64,000 nt of DNA from Callorhinchus milii. Lineage: Eukaryota. Below the pieces are notes generated by a model, which ran no database searches, was not told the DNA's origin, and worked only from the letters and a program-made list of their open reading frames with translations. The position numbers and the translations under genes are program-made. The stretch's first letter is position 1; each line of letters starts with the position of its first letter. This document shows, one piece after another, positions 63,045 through 64,000 of this stretch. Location of the stretch: contig NW_024704897.1 of the NCBI RefSeq assembly GCF_018977255.1, forward strand, positions 1 through 64,000. Direction: 5' to 3'.

Positions 63045-63750
63045 ACTCAACAACAACAACAACAACAACAAGATTCCATTCATAAAGCGCCTTTAACTTC
63101 AGGAGGACGTCCCAAGGCGCTGCACAGTTGGGTCATGACCCGAGCAGGGGGTAAATGGTCAGGGTGAGGGGAGGGAAGGGAGGGAGGAAGGAGGGGGGAA
63201 ATGGTCAGGGTGAGGGGAGGGAAGTGAGGGAGGAAGGAGGGGGGAAATGGTCAGGGTGAGGGGAGGGAAGGGAGGGAGCGAGGAGGGGGAAGAGAGTCGA
63301 GAGGGGAGCTGAAGGCTCGGTCAAAGAGAAACGTTTTGAGACCGGCCTTGAAGGAGGAAAGGGAGGAAGCGGCGAAGGCACTGGGGGATGGAGTTCCAGA
63401 GCCTGGGGGTTGAGAGGCTGAAGGTCCGACCACCGATGGTAGGGCGGTTCGGGCGGGGGACGTGGAGCAGACCAGAGCCAGAGGAACGGAGGGTACGGGC
63501 AGGTAGGTAGGGGGATAGTAGGTTGGAGAGGTAGGAGGGAGCAAGGCCGTGAATGGCCTTGTAGGTGAGGATCAGGATCTTGAATTCGATCCTCTGGGGG
63601 ATGGGGAGCCAGTGGAGGCGAGCGAGGGTGGGAGTGATGTGGTCCCGAAGCCTGGTGCGGGACAGTACACGAGCTGCAGAGTTCTGAATGACCTGCAGCT
63701 TGTGGAGGGAGGTGGCGGGAAGGCCGACGAGGAGAGAGTTCCCATAGTTT
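63045..63750 (-). mobile_element. Young 5'-truncated L2 LINE with internal purine-rich tandem repeat (~63130-63290)
   Basis: Highly similar to 33050-33870; (CAA)n tail at 63047-63070. Confidence 0.92.
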
Positions 63751-63902
63751 AAACTCGTTTAAACATAAAACATTCTGCGTTACAGGAAAAAGTGAATGCA
63801 CTTCCAGAACACCAGCGAATAGCACGTTAATTGTACAAAAAATAATGCAAATCGTTTCTTATATTTGTGAGTAACTGCACTGTATGTAGAGGGAGGTGTA
63901 CA

Positions 63903-63974
63903 GCTGTGATCGTGTAGTGGTCAGTACTCTGCGTTGTGGCCGCAGCAACTTCGGTTCGAATCCGAGTCACGGCA
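63903..63974 (+). tRNA. tRNA-His(GTG), probably functional
   Basis: 72 nt, few substitutions from consensus, intact B box GGTTCGAATCC. Confidence 0.88.
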
Positions 63975-64000
63975 ATCACCATCGATTTTCCTTGCGACAT

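Overview
Vertebrate nuclear DNA, most consistent with a cartilaginous fish (inferred from the VH, GPCR and SINE/L2/CR1 types; species not determinable here). The window is a tRNA-gene-rich region with 17 recognisable tRNA loci (several near-intact, many decayed). It is built partly from duplicated multi-tRNA cassettes. Interspersed are four two-exon GPR139-like class A GPCR paralogues (two intact, two retrotransposon-disrupted), one orphan immunoglobulin VH segment with leader exon and 23-bp RSS, many tRNA-headed SINEs, L2 and CR1 LINE fragments, an ~8 kb (TG)/(GA) mosaic satellite with N gaps, and a CpG-rich promoter-like region near 57.3-57.8 kb. Most unusual: (i) intron-containing tRNA-Lys(TTT) (two paralogues) and tRNA-Pro(TGG), isotypes that are normally intronless in well-studied vertebrates; (ii) a VH whose FR2 carries single-domain-antibody-like substitutions. 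Repeat boundaries are approximate (read by eye). No database searches were run.
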